From Candidatus Latescibacterota bacterium (GTDB taxonomy: Bacteria > Latescibacterota > UBA2968 > UBA8231): a stretch of DNA of 64,000 nt. Numbering within the stretch: the first letter of the stretch is position 1; each line of letters begins with the position of its first letter. Both the position numbers and the translations under genes were made by a program. Shown here one piece after another: positions 1-9,642 of the stretch. The stretch is from NCBI GenBank assembly GCA_965248355.1, contig OZ252098.1, forward strand, positions 1,952,001 to 2,016,000. The letters are read 5' to 3'. Below the pieces are notes generated by a model. It was not told the origin of the DNA, did not search any database, and saw nothing but the letters and a program-made list of their open reading frames with translations.

Positions 1-1689
1 TGGAGCCGTTGGTACTACGTGGACATCCCCGCCGACGCCCTGCGACCGGGGGAAAACGAGCTCACCGTGTGGTCCGAGGGCGGGAGTCCGGGCTGGCAGC
101 TCATGGTGGCCGACTACCGCGACTTCCACAAAGGCATGGAAGACCCCGTGGTCCTGCCTCACGCCACGGAGCGCAGCGACGACGGCGGCCGCACTTGGAC
201 CGGCGAGCGGGGCGAGCTCGTTCTGCGTCTGGCTCTCGACCGCTATCGCCGCTCGGGCAAGCTGCTCTCTCCCGTCCTCGACGCGGCCGGCGAAGACGAG
301 GTTGTAGTCCGCAGCCGTCACCAGGTGGGGTCGGCCCGCATCGCCTGGGAGGCCGACACGCCGGAGCCGGCCGGGTTGGACTTGGTCTGCCGCAGCGGCT
401 CCCAGCCCTGCCCGGAGGGCGGCGGCTGGAGCGATTGGCAGCCCTGTGAGGCCGGCCGCCCCGTTGCCGATCTGCGAGGCCGCTACCTCCAGTGGGAGGC
501 CCGGTTCCACACCTCCGACCCCAGGGTCACGCCGGCCCTGCGCCGGGTGCAGATGGAGGCGGACGTCCTGCCGGGCCCCGAACCGGGGCTGCGGGTGGCG
601 CGGGCCCACAACCCAAGGATCCAGCGCTCCTCCTGGGAGATGCCCCACGAGAACCCCCGCTGCCGGCCGCTGATCCGGCTGCGCCGGGAGTGTGAGCTGG
701 ATGCCGTCATCGCCGGCGCCCAGACCGAGTTCGAGGCGATCCAGCGGCTCCACCGCTGGGCCTACCACATCCCCCTGGGGGACTGCCGCCACTTCCCGTG
801 GGACGTGCTCTCCTGGATCCGCCTCGAACGGGGGCCGGACTGCCAGATCCTCATGAACGAGTACCCGCAGCGGCGCCGGGACAGGATGTGCCTCTACCCC
901 AACGTGGTTCTCGCGGCCGCCCTGCAGAGCTTCGGCATCCCTGCCCGCCACCTGAACTTCCACAGCGAGGGTATGACCGGCCACGAGATCGCCGAGGTCT
1001 GGTCCAACGACTTCGGCAAGTGGATCCACCTGGACGCCACCCGCGACTACTACTGGTACGACCGCAGGACCCTGGTACCCCTCGACACCGAGGAGATCCA
1101 CCGGGCCCTCGTGGACCGCCTCGACCGCGTCGAGCGCTGGGACCGGCCATACCTCTACCACCAGGATCTCGAGCGGCTGGTGGCGGACCTGCCCATCGCC
1201 TTCTGGGACGGCGAGTACGAACACTCCTGCGATGCCGGGGACCACGGCGCCCTCTTCCTGTTCCGCAGCTTCTGCCACTTCCGGGTCGTCCCGCGCTTCG
1301 ACGTCTTCAGCCGCCAGCGGCCCCTTCCGGTGAGCCAGGGGACCGAGGTCTGGTCCTGGGACGGGTACCTCAACTGGGCTGACGACCGCGTCCCTCCCTT
1401 GCCGCACTTCTCCCACCACACGAACCGCCGCGCCGACTTCTACCCCACCCTCAACCAGACCCGCATGACCGTGGAGAGCACCGCCGACGTGATGACCCTT
1501 CAGGTGCACCTCGAGACGGAGACGCCGGACTTCGCCGCCAGCGAGGCGCGTTTCGACCGGCGTTCCTGGCGCGAGACGGCGGTCCCCTTCCAGTGGCCTC
1601 TGCACACGGGTGTGAACACCCTCGAGGTGCGCAGCCGCAACGGTTCCGGCTGGACCGGCGTGGTCAGCTCCGTGAGCCTCGTCGCATGA
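1..1689 (+). CDS. Transglutaminase-like (Cys-His-Asp) domain protein, 5'-partial
   Basis: Frame is open from base 1. Motifs RMCLYPNVVLAAALQSFGIPAR, GHEIAEVWSNDFGKWIHLDAT match the transglutaminase-like triad pattern; Asp-box-like RSDDGGRTW near the N-terminus. Confidence 0.75.
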   Translation, partial: WSRWYYVDIPADALRPGENELTVWSEGGSPGWQLMVADYRDFHKGMEDPVVLPHATERSDDGGRTWTGERGELVLRLALDRYRRSGKLLSPVLDAAGEDEVVVRSRHQVGSARIAWEADTPEPAGLDLVCRSGSQPCPEGGGWSDWQPCEAGRPVADLRGRYLQWEARFHTSDPRVTPALRRVQMEADVLPGPEPGLRVARAHNPRIQRSSWEMPHENPRCRPLIRLRRECELDAVIAGAQTEFEAIQRLHRWAYHIPLGDCRHFPWDVLSWIRLERGPDCQILMNEYPQRRRDRMCLYPNVVLAAALQSFGIPARHLNFHSEGMTGHEIAEVWSNDFGKWIHLDATRDYYWYDRRTLVPLDTEEIHRALVDRLDRVERWDRPYLYHQDLERLVADLPIAFWDGEYEHSCDAGDHGALFLFRSFCHFRVVPRFDVFSRQRPLPVSQGTEVWSWDGYLNWADDRVPPLPHFSHHTNRRADFYPTLNQTRMTVESTADVMTLQVHLETETPDFAASEARFDRRSWRETAVPFQWPLHTGVNTLEVRSRNGSGWTGVVSSVSLVA

Positions 1690-2507
1690 GACCGGATCCC
1701 CGGCGGGCAACGGTCCGACGCGCCTTGGGGGCTGTCGCCCTGTGCGTCGCCACAGCCCTCCGGCTCCACGCCGACGAGCTCCCCGGCCGGGTAGTCACAC
1801 TTTCCTCCGGGCTGCCTTCCTACACGATCGAGCGCGTCTCGTCCGGGATCTCCGTCGACGGACGGTCCGACGAGGGGGACTGGAAAACCGCCGCCGTCAT
1901 CGAGCTGAACGTTCCCTGGCGCCACGACGAGGCCGAGCCCGTGCAGGCCACCGAAGTGAGCATGCTCTGGAGCCCCGAGGATCTGTTCATCATATACAGG
2001 TGTGCAGATCCTCATATCGGCGCCGAGATCGTCGAGCACGACGGGGCCACCTACCTCGAAGACACGGTGGAGATCTTCGCGACCCCCAACCCCGACCACG
2101 TGTACAGCTACTACGGCTACGAGATGAACGTCCTTGGGACGCTGCTGGATTACGTCACCTTCTGGCGGGACGGCCAGCGGCTCACGGGAGGCCGCGAGTG
2201 GCAGAGCGAGGGGGTGCGGATCGCCACCACCATCGACGGCACCCGCAACGATGATTCCGACGTGGATTCGGGCTGGATCCTCGAAATCGCCATCCCTTTC
2301 GACAACTTCCGCCATCTGGGAGGCAGCATCCCGCCCCGCGCCGGCGACCGGTGGCGCCTGAACCTGAATCGCTGCGCCGGCAGGACCGCGGGTCAGTACG
2401 CCATGTGGTCGGACTCGGGGACCCCGAAACCCCAGTTCCACGTTCCCGAGCGCTTCGGAGTCGCCCTGTTCTCCGACCGGACGGTGGGCGCCGCCGGCCC
2501 CCGCTAG
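1686..2507 (+). CDS. Secreted carbohydrate-binding family 9-like (CBM9-like) protein
   Basis: ATG overlaps the upstream stop (ATGA); signal-peptide-like N-terminus; motifs VDGRSDEGDW, EDTVEIF, YEMNVLG, WILEIAIPF, GDRWRLNLNR, FHVPERFG. Confidence 0.75.
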   Translation: MRPDPRRATVRRALGAVALCVATALRLHADELPGRVVTLSSGLPSYTIERVSSGISVDGRSDEGDWKTAAVIELNVPWRHDEAEPVQATEVSMLWSPEDLFIIYRCADPHIGAEIVEHDGATYLEDTVEIFATPNPDHVYSYYGYEMNVLGTLLDYVTFWRDGQRLTGGREWQSEGVRIATTIDGTRNDDSDVDSGWILEIAIPFDNFRHLGGSIPPRAGDRWRLNLNRCAGRTAGQYAMWSDSGTPKPQFHVPERFGVALFSDRTVGAAGPR

Positions 2508-2516
2508 CGAAACCAC

Positions 2517-2544
2517 TTGACTTCCCATGGAGGTGCCGTAACTT
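2517..2544 (+). promoter_or_regulatory. Putative sigma70-type promoter
   Basis: TTGACT-16 nt-TAACTT in a relatively AT-rich intergenic gap upstream of the 2708 gene. Confidence 0.5.
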
Positions 2545-2707
2545 TCACCCAGTTTTCTCGAAGTTTCGCCTGCTGAGCGCCTGACCCGACCGTAACTGAC
2601 TGTTTTCGCGTAACATCAAGGAGGTTCCGGAGACCACGCACTCGGGCATGCGAAACAAGATCGCTCATCATCACCCTTTCCATCCCCAATCCCGGAGAGA
2701 TAGTCCC

Positions 2708-4600
2708 ATGCATCTCAGACGTATAGGCATCGCGGGCTCGGCGACGCTCCTGCTGCTCGCAGGAACCGCGAGTGCCCAGTTCCTGCACGCCGGCAACCCC
2801 GACGTCACGTCCCTTTCGGACATGACCAGCGGAGGCCCGCCGACCGTGTTGAAGATCGAAGGTTTGTCGAGCTTCCCCGACTATGCCTTCGACGGCTCCG
2901 ACCTCGATGTCAACTTCACCCTCGAAGGCAGCGGAGCCACCGTCTGGCTCTTCGTCTATACCTCCGGCCAGAACCCGCCTCTGACCATCGAGGGAGAGGG
3001 TGATCCTCCTTACAAGGATCCCGTGCGCAACCAGCCCGGCTGGCACGTGTACGAAGGCGTCGACTACCTCGTCTACAAGTCCGCCGGCGAGCGCATGGAC
3101 GAGGGCGAGAACACCATTACCTGGAACGGCCGCGACAACGCCGGCAACGTCGTCTCCGCCGGCGCCTACAGCCTGCACCTGGCCGCCTTCGACGACGAGG
3201 CCTTCCCCCACCTCGTGGCCGGCTCCGTCTTCCGCAAGCTCGGGCCGCCCGGGCGCCCTTACTGGGATCTCGGCCGGGAGCAGATCTTCGACTTCCGCTT
3301 CGTCAACGACATGAACAACGACTGGGTCGAGAACTTCGAGGGCTTCGACACGATGGATCTGACCGCCGTCACCGACGCCGGCGGCAGCACGCCGAACTCG
3401 GCTGTGTTCCTCAATGACGACTTCACCGAGGCCCTCGCCATCGGCCAGAGCAACTTCCTCGAGCGCCTCACCCTCGACTGGGACGCCAACCGCGTCTCCA
3501 CCGTCGAGGACTGGGGCGAGGACTACGGCGGCGTCAACGGCGTCATCAACGTCGAGGACCTCGGCGCCAGCGCCGGCCAACGGATGATCGCCACCAATCC
3601 CGACAAGACCATCGCCTATCTCGCGGCGGGCGTGACCGGTACGGTGGCGCAGATCGCTTCCTACTCCATCGAGACCGGTGAGAAGCTTGCCAGCTGGGAC
3701 ATGACCGATCTCTTCCTCTACGACAACAAGGGGGCCGACCGGGTCAGCGCGCCCATGGAGTTTGCCCAGTTCTACGACGGCGCTCCGGATCCCTGGGGGA
3801 TCACCACGACATCTCACCACTCCTCCGTGATCGCGCGCTTCGACTACGACGGCAACCTCAAGTGGGCCAACCGCAACGGTGACGGCTTCGGCGATACCCA
3901 GGCCTACAACAGCGCCGACGGCACCTTCGGGGACCTGGTCTACGGACATACCGAGGCGCCCAACTTCAAGTACTCCCTGTTCTCGGCCCCGGACGGATGG
4001 GTCTCGGTCTGCGAGAACGGCCGCGACAACACCAGCTTCGGCGCCATGCTCGGTCAGGACGGTTCCGGCCTGTTCAAGTTCGAGCCCAAGAACACGCCCC
4101 TCACCTGGTCGCAGTACGTCTGCATCGTCGACGGGGACACCGAGTGGGACGGTCTGCACATGCAGATCGGCGGCTTCGGCGACGCGATCCCGTCCAACGA
4201 CTGGGTCTCGAACGACGTCACCGTCTCGCCGACCCATCCCCTCGCCCACTATCCGTACGACCAGAAGAAAGTAAGTCTGGGGATGCCCACGGCCGTTGCC
4301 GAGGTGGGAGGGCAGGTGCCCGGTGGCTACGAGGTCAGCGACGCCTACCCCAACCCCTTCAACCCGGAGACCACGGTTCGCTTCTCCCTGCCCTGGGAGG
4401 TGGATGTACGGGTCACGGTCTACAACGAGCAGGGCCAGAAGGTGGCCACCTTGGCCGATGAGCGCCTGGGTCCGGGCAACTTCGACATCACCTGGGACGG
4501 CACCGATGACAGTGGGGCCGCCGTCGCCTCCGGTGTTTATCTGTATCGGATCGAGGCCCCCGATCTGCGTCTGAACAAGAAGGTCACCTTCCTCAAGTAG
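2708..4600 (+). CDS. Secreted protein with two FlgD-Ig-like domains and a T9SS type-A-like C-terminal domain
   Basis: GGAGA RBS before ATG 2708; signal peptide ending ASA-Q; internal ITWNGRDNAGNVVSAGAY; C-terminal AYPNPFNPETTVRFSLP...WDGTDDSGAAVASGVYLYRI...KKVTFLK. Confidence 0.8.
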   Translation: MHLRRIGIAGSATLLLLAGTASAQFLHAGNPDVTSLSDMTSGGPPTVLKIEGLSSFPDYAFDGSDLDVNFTLEGSGATVWLFVYTSGQNPPLTIEGEGDPPYKDPVRNQPGWHVYEGVDYLVYKSAGERMDEGENTITWNGRDNAGNVVSAGAYSLHLAAFDDEAFPHLVAGSVFRKLGPPGRPYWDLGREQIFDFRFVNDMNNDWVENFEGFDTMDLTAVTDAGGSTPNSAVFLNDDFTEALAIGQSNFLERLTLDWDANRVSTVEDWGEDYGGVNGVINVEDLGASAGQRMIATNPDKTIAYLAAGVTGTVAQIASYSIETGEKLASWDMTDLFLYDNKGADRVSAPMEFAQFYDGAPDPWGITTTSHHSSVIARFDYDGNLKWANRNGDGFGDTQAYNSADGTFGDLVYGHTEAPNFKYSLFSAPDGWVSVCENGRDNTSFGAMLGQDGSGLFKFEPKNTPLTWSQYVCIVDGDTEWDGLHMQIGGFGDAIPSNDWVSNDVTVSPTHPLAHYPYDQKKVSLGMPTAVAEVGGQVPGGYEVSDAYPNPFNPETTVRFSLPWEVDVRVTVYNEQGQKVATLADERLGPGNFDITWDGTDDSGAAVASGVYLYRIEAPDLRLNKKVTFLK

Positions 4601-4610
4601 GGAGGCCCCG

Positions 4611-4651
4611 GAGGTGCCGCCGGCTTGCTGCCGGCGGCACCTCTTTTTTTT
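4611..4651 (+). terminator. Rho-independent terminator
   Basis: Perfect 14-bp stem GAGGTGCCGCCGGC / GCCGGCGGCACCTC, 5-nt loop, then T8, starting 10 nt after the stop at 4600. Confidence 0.92.
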
Positions 4652-4764
4652 CCGGCGAGCGGCCTGCGGCGGCGAGTCGGTAGATCCCCGCGCCAGTGGA
4701 TTGCTGCCTCAGTCTCGCGGCAGGATCGACTGTCGATGATTCCCTTCTCCACACGAGGTAAACA

Positions 4765-6903
4765 GTGAAGATTGCCAGACACCCCGGCTGGGCGCGACCC
4801 CTGGCTGTCGCGGGACTCTTCCTGTGTTGTGGCGGTCTGTCCGCCCAGGACCTGTCCAGCGTCGGGATCTCCACCTGGCCCTCCACGACTCGCTATCTCG
4901 GCTTCCCCGAGTTCGCAGCCGGTCAGGACGGCCAGATCCGGATCACCGCCGGCGGGCCCTACACCCTCTACCTCAACGGCGATCTCGTGGGCAGTGACGC
5001 GGATCCCTCCACCGTGGAGATCTGGCCGGACCTCGCCTTCAAGAAGAAGGAGAACCAGGTAGCCGTGGTGGTCGACCACGACGGCACCCGGAGCCCGTAC
5101 GGCGCCTACCTCGTGATCGACGGCGAGGAAGAGCAGTTCATCAGCTCTCCCACGGACCGCTCCATGCCCTGGTTCTGGTCCGGCGACCCCCTGCCCAACA
5201 AGGAGGGCGGCTGGACCAAGCTGAAGCTGAGCAAGCTCGACGAGCACGAGGAGGACGGGCGGCTCATCACCTGGCAGGCGGCGCAGCAGGGAACCCTGGA
5301 ACCACGGGACTTCGTGGAGTTCGAGGACCTGGACCTGACCCGGGCCGGCAGCGTGGCCGGCTTCCCCGGAGGCCTGTCCGGTCAGGAGCAGGGGCTGCAG
5401 TTGCGCAGCCTGGTGGGCCAGAACATGGCCCTCAACTCCCGCACCTCCGACCCGAATCTCGTCGATGGCGACATCACCAAGGGCGTCGCCTTCCGCAAGG
5501 GCGCCGCATCCTTGGGCCAGGGGGTGGGCACCGACCTCGGCCGGCTCCTGCTCCTCGAGCGGGTGCGCGTCATCACCGAGCCGCCCGGCCGCAACGACAC
5601 CTACGAAGACCTCGCCATCAGGGGCTACAGCGTCCTGATCAGCCAGAACGGCATCAGCTACCGCGAGGCGGGGGCGCGCAATCAGATCAGCACCTACCGG
5701 GAGAGCGACGTCGTCTTCCCGCCGACTCCCGCCCGCCACGTGAGCCTGAGGATCACCGAGTTCTCCTCCCGGGACGCCAATCCAAGGATCGGGGAGCTGG
5801 AGGTCTTCGCCCAGGGGCGGGACGACGAGGGCCGATACCGCTCCCCGCCGCTGGATCTGAGCTCCTCCGAGGTCAAGAACTTCGAGCGCGCCATCCGCTA
5901 TGGAGAGGTTCCCGCCAACACGGAGATGGAGCTTCGCTTTCGTAGCGGCGAGGACGGGGAGAGCTGGAGCGAGTGGTCGTCCTGGGACTCGCAGTCCGAG
6001 GTCGGACTGACCGTGCCCGAGCCGCGGAACTATCTCCAGTTCGAGGCGCGCATGCTGAGCCGGATTCTCGACGCCACCCCTCGGCTCGACAGCCTGGTGG
6101 TCTGGTTCGAGGAAGGCCCCTTTCCGGCCTCTCGTGCTTCCGGCTCCATCTCTCCGGCTCGTGCCTCCATCGGCGTCGATACGCTGTTCACCTATACGCT
6201 GCAACTGGAGATGCAGGACACCGACACGGGTGTGGGACGGCTGGCCATCCTGACCTCCTGGCCGGCCCAACTCGATGTCGGCGCCGTGCAGGGTCTGGGA
6301 GAGGCGGCCATCGCCTCCAGCTACGCCACGGCCGACTCCCTCGTGCTGATCTTCGATCCGCCCATCACCTCGGCCACCGGAACGACGGAGGTGGTCATCC
6401 CCTTCACCACGCGGCTGCTCTCCGCCAGCCACGACTTCCAGGGGTTGCTCTTCGCTCCCGGGAGTGCGGCCTCCCTCCAGGTCGAGAGGCGGGAGGGAAC
6501 CGATCCACAGACCGAGCTCCCGTACACCTCCATCACCGAGGCGGCGGACTTCAGCATTCCCATCCTCGACCACGTGCGAGCCCAACCCGGGGTCTTCACC
6601 CCCAACGGAGACGGCGCCAACGACTTCGCGGTGCTGGCCTTCACCCTCGGGCGCGTCTCCGGGTCTTCGGTCCACTTCGAGATCTATGATGTCGGCGGAA
6701 GGTTGGTGCGCAGCCTGCCGCCGAGTCTTCTCGACCCCGGAAGCTACTCCCCCATCGGGGGCCGGGAAGAGGACCTGCCCGGACGATGGGACGGCCTGGA
6801 TGACGAGGGAAGGCTGGTGCCGCCGGGGCTCTACCTGTATCGAATCGTCGTCGATCTGGAACCGGACGAGGTGGCCACGGGCGTGGTCGGACTCGCCTAC
6901 TAG
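4765..6903 (+). CDS. Secreted multidomain protein (discoidin/F5-8C-like domain; C-terminal FTPNGDG type-B-like CTD/FlgD-Ig)
   Basis: GAGG RBS and GTG start; signal peptide; NLVDGD...DLGRLLLLERVRV...ARHVSLRI...IGELEVF is discoidin-like; C-terminal VFTPNGDGAND...IYDVGGRLVR...WDGLDDEGRLVPPGLYLYRI. Confidence 0.72.
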   Translation: MKIARHPGWARPLAVAGLFLCCGGLSAQDLSSVGISTWPSTTRYLGFPEFAAGQDGQIRITAGGPYTLYLNGDLVGSDADPSTVEIWPDLAFKKKENQVAVVVDHDGTRSPYGAYLVIDGEEEQFISSPTDRSMPWFWSGDPLPNKEGGWTKLKLSKLDEHEEDGRLITWQAAQQGTLEPRDFVEFEDLDLTRAGSVAGFPGGLSGQEQGLQLRSLVGQNMALNSRTSDPNLVDGDITKGVAFRKGAASLGQGVGTDLGRLLLLERVRVITEPPGRNDTYEDLAIRGYSVLISQNGISYREAGARNQISTYRESDVVFPPTPARHVSLRITEFSSRDANPRIGELEVFAQGRDDEGRYRSPPLDLSSSEVKNFERAIRYGEVPANTEMELRFRSGEDGESWSEWSSWDSQSEVGLTVPEPRNYLQFEARMLSRILDATPRLDSLVVWFEEGPFPASRASGSISPARASIGVDTLFTYTLQLEMQDTDTGVGRLAILTSWPAQLDVGAVQGLGEAAIASSYATADSLVLIFDPPITSATGTTEVVIPFTTRLLSASHDFQGLLFAPGSAASLQVERREGTDPQTELPYTSITEAADFSIPILDHVRAQPGVFTPNGDGANDFAVLAFTLGRVSGSSVHFEIYDVGGRLVRSLPPSLLDPGSYSPIGGREEDLPGRWDGLDDEGRLVPPGLYLYRIVVDLEPDEVATGVVGLAY

Positions 6904-6914
6904 GCTCGCCTGCT

Positions 6915-9641
6915 ATGAGGAAGAGGGTCCCCCTAGACCAATCCATGCGCGCTCCCGTCGCTCTCACCCTCCTGGCCCTGTTGGGATCCACTCCGGACCT
7001 GGCGGAAGGGCAGTTCCTGTCCCGGGACTTCCGCGGGCTCTGGGCCAACCAGATCTTCGAGAACTACGGGGCCGCGGGCTACCGGGACTACGACCTGGAA
7101 GAGGAGAACCGGCGCTTCGACCTCTTCGGCGATCTCCTCATCGACGGCGTGGACATCATCGAGTACAGCGAGATCCGGCGGGACGCCCCCGGCATCCGGG
7201 GCAGCTTCGAGACACGCAACGCCCGCTACGAGCGCTTCTTCAGGAAGCTTGTCATCGCCAACGAGGGGTTCGGCAACTGGTCCACCCGCCTGATCATAGG
7301 GGATCACATCCGGACCTTCTTCACCCCCATGACGCTGAACCTGCCCAACTACAACGGGATCCGCTGGGACGGCGCCTCCCGGAAGAGCCGCTTCAGCCTC
7401 ATCGCCAGCCACCTGCGGGATCCGGTGGTGCTGGGCGGGGGCCTCGCCGTGGACCAGAACATCGAGGAGCGCCGGATCTGGGGGGGCAGCCTCTTCGGCG
7501 TTCATTGGGAGAGCCAGATCGGCGGCCTGCTCAAGCTCGGAACCACCTACGTCAACCTGCATCGCTTCGACTCCGAGGCCACTGCCAAGGTCAACAGCCT
7601 CAAAGGGACGATACCCGGGGTCATGCAGGGGGGGCTTCGCAAGGTCTTCGTGTTCTTCTCCGACGACTCCCCCCACGACGCCTTCGCCGGCGCCGCGGTT
7701 CACGAGTTGACCCTGACCGTGGACGGCACACCGGTGATGCCCTTGCGGGTGGGTCGGATCGACGGCCTCATCAGCAAAATCCCGGTCACGCCCGATCCGA
7801 CCAGCACCGTCCTGCTCGAGCCCCACGAGGTCGACTACCTCCGCCGCAACCGCTCCTGGCTGCGCGCCGTGGTCGAGGCCAGCCGGGACCGGTTCTTCGC
7901 CTCCCTGCTGGACGACATCACCACCGACATCACCGCCGAGGCCCTCACCTCCCGCGGCGCGCCCCTTCGCGCCGACGGGAGCGACGTCATCTACTTCGAG
8001 TACGAGGTCCCCGACACGGTGAGCGGTATCGACTTCAGCGCTGTCCTCGCCGACGACTACAGCGTGGACGTCGTGGGGGCCATGCTGGTGCCGATCCTGG
8101 CTCCGGGCGAGGACGACTTCTATTACGACTGGTACAACGCCCGCCGCGCCAGGGGACGGCCCGGCCACGGGTCGAACCGGCACCGGGTCGACTTCCACTA
8201 CGGGTTCCCCACCGGGCTGACCATCGCCGGGCTCGACTGGGACCTCAAGGCACTGGGGTTCCACCTCCAGGGGGAGTTCGCTCGCAGCCTGCGCTTCCTC
8301 CAGGTTCCCAACCGCAAGGCCAAGCGTCACCGCCGGGAGAGCTCGACCTTCTACTTCCGCCTCACCCGCCCCGTGCGCGAGCGGACCGAGCTCGGTTTCG
8401 AGTACTTCGACGTGCCCGACGACTACACCACCGAGTTCCCCCTCTTCCTGACCCAGCGCACCACGAAATCGGTCGGCGGCAGGCTCTACACGCCCTTCGC
8501 CCTCGTGGAGGACAACGACGATCTCGACTTCTGGCCGGACCGGGTGGAGCACAACGATCCGCTGGCGCCGTACGCGGACCCCCTGGGCAGTCAGTTCGGC
8601 CATCCCGGAAAGGGGGTCTACCCCGGCCTGGATCCGGACGACGACGGGGTCTTGGACTACAACCTGGACCTCGAGTTCGGCTCCGATTCCAGCCAGCCCT
8701 TCCTCGGCTACTACTCGGAGCCGTCCGGCCTGGTCTACGGCGACGACTTCGACAACAACGGGGTCGTCGACTACCGCGAGAACGACAACCTGCCGGACTA
8801 TGCCTATCCCCTCGACCACCGCGGCTTCCACGCCTTCGGTACCGTGGGGTTGAGCGCCCGGACCCAGATGCGGGCGGGGTGGTACAGGGTACGCCAGCCG
8901 GTCGTGGGAGGCCGCAACAACACCCAGTACGTCGAGGGGCAGTACCGACGGGACTGGGCGGGCCTGGGGTACCTGCGGTTGAACCACCGTATCAAGTGGA
9001 TGGAGGACGACATCCGCAACACGGTCTTCCGGTTCGGCAGCGTCGGCTCGCTCAATCCGGACCGCCTGGGGAGCCGGGACACGGTCAGCAACTTCACCTT
9101 CTTCGAGACCGGCCTGATGGCCGTGCCCGACGTCAACCTCCGCAACATCATCACCTTCGGCTTCTCGGAGCTGGCCGGGCGTCCCGTGGCCGATCCCTTC
9201 CTGACCATGCCGGGCCGATACACCGGTATCTCGGTGATGAACAAGATCGACTACACTTGGAGGCGCGGCCGGCTGACCGTTCTGCCCCAGTTCAAGCACA
9301 TCTACTACCGCAGCACCTCACCGGAGCGCCACCTGCCCTCTTCGCAGAGCCGCCAGGTCATACCGATTCTGCGCGCCGACTACCAGTTGACCCCCAGGAC
9401 CGAGCTCAGGACCGGCATCCAGGGGTTCCCCTTCTGGCGCGAGAAGACCACCTACGCGGTCCGGCCCGAGAGCCAGTACACGCGCCTGACCTACACGGCG
9501 ATGATCCAGAACCGGAGCAACTACCTGGGCTACGACTTGGTGCTGCTCATGGGCACGTACCGCAGCGAGGTTGACTACTCCGGATCCGACCGGCCGGGCA
9601 ACGGTTTCCTGCAGTATTTCTTCAGGATCTTCATCGGCTGA
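6915..9641 (+). CDS. Uncharacterised large exported protein, putative outer-membrane beta-barrel (paralog 1 of 3)
   Basis: Signal peptide; many alternating hydrophobic/aromatic strands; Asp-rich loop; terminal strand QYFFRIFIG. The start may be the second Met at 6945. Confidence 0.6.
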   Translation: MRKRVPLDQSMRAPVALTLLALLGSTPDLAEGQFLSRDFRGLWANQIFENYGAAGYRDYDLEEENRRFDLFGDLLIDGVDIIEYSEIRRDAPGIRGSFETRNARYERFFRKLVIANEGFGNWSTRLIIGDHIRTFFTPMTLNLPNYNGIRWDGASRKSRFSLIASHLRDPVVLGGGLAVDQNIEERRIWGGSLFGVHWESQIGGLLKLGTTYVNLHRFDSEATAKVNSLKGTIPGVMQGGLRKVFVFFSDDSPHDAFAGAAVHELTLTVDGTPVMPLRVGRIDGLISKIPVTPDPTSTVLLEPHEVDYLRRNRSWLRAVVEASRDRFFASLLDDITTDITAEALTSRGAPLRADGSDVIYFEYEVPDTVSGIDFSAVLADDYSVDVVGAMLVPILAPGEDDFYYDWYNARRARGRPGHGSNRHRVDFHYGFPTGLTIAGLDWDLKALGFHLQGEFARSLRFLQVPNRKAKRHRRESSTFYFRLTRPVRERTELGFEYFDVPDDYTTEFPLFLTQRTTKSVGGRLYTPFALVEDNDDLDFWPDRVEHNDPLAPYADPLGSQFGHPGKGVYPGLDPDDDGVLDYNLDLEFGSDSSQPFLGYYSEPSGLVYGDDFDNNGVVDYRENDNLPDYAYPLDHRGFHAFGTVGLSARTQMRAGWYRVRQPVVGGRNNTQYVEGQYRRDWAGLGYLRLNHRIKWMEDDIRNTVFRFGSVGSLNPDRLGSRDTVSNFTFFETGLMAVPDVNLRNIITFGFSELAGRPVADPFLTMPGRYTGISVMNKIDYTWRRGRLTVLPQFKHIYYRSTSPERHLPSSQSRQVIPILRADYQLTPRTELRTGIQGFPFWREKTTYAVRPESQYTRLTYTAMIQNRSNYLGYDLVLLMGTYRSEVDYSGSDRPGNGFLQYFFRIFIG

Positions 9642-9642
9642 C

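Noticed and set aside
6464..9574. 1036 aa alternative-frame + ORF and similar Arg/Pro/Gly-rich ORFs (e.g. 58893-61961)
   Set aside because: Off-frame translations of GC-rich coding DNA that overlap better-supported genes.
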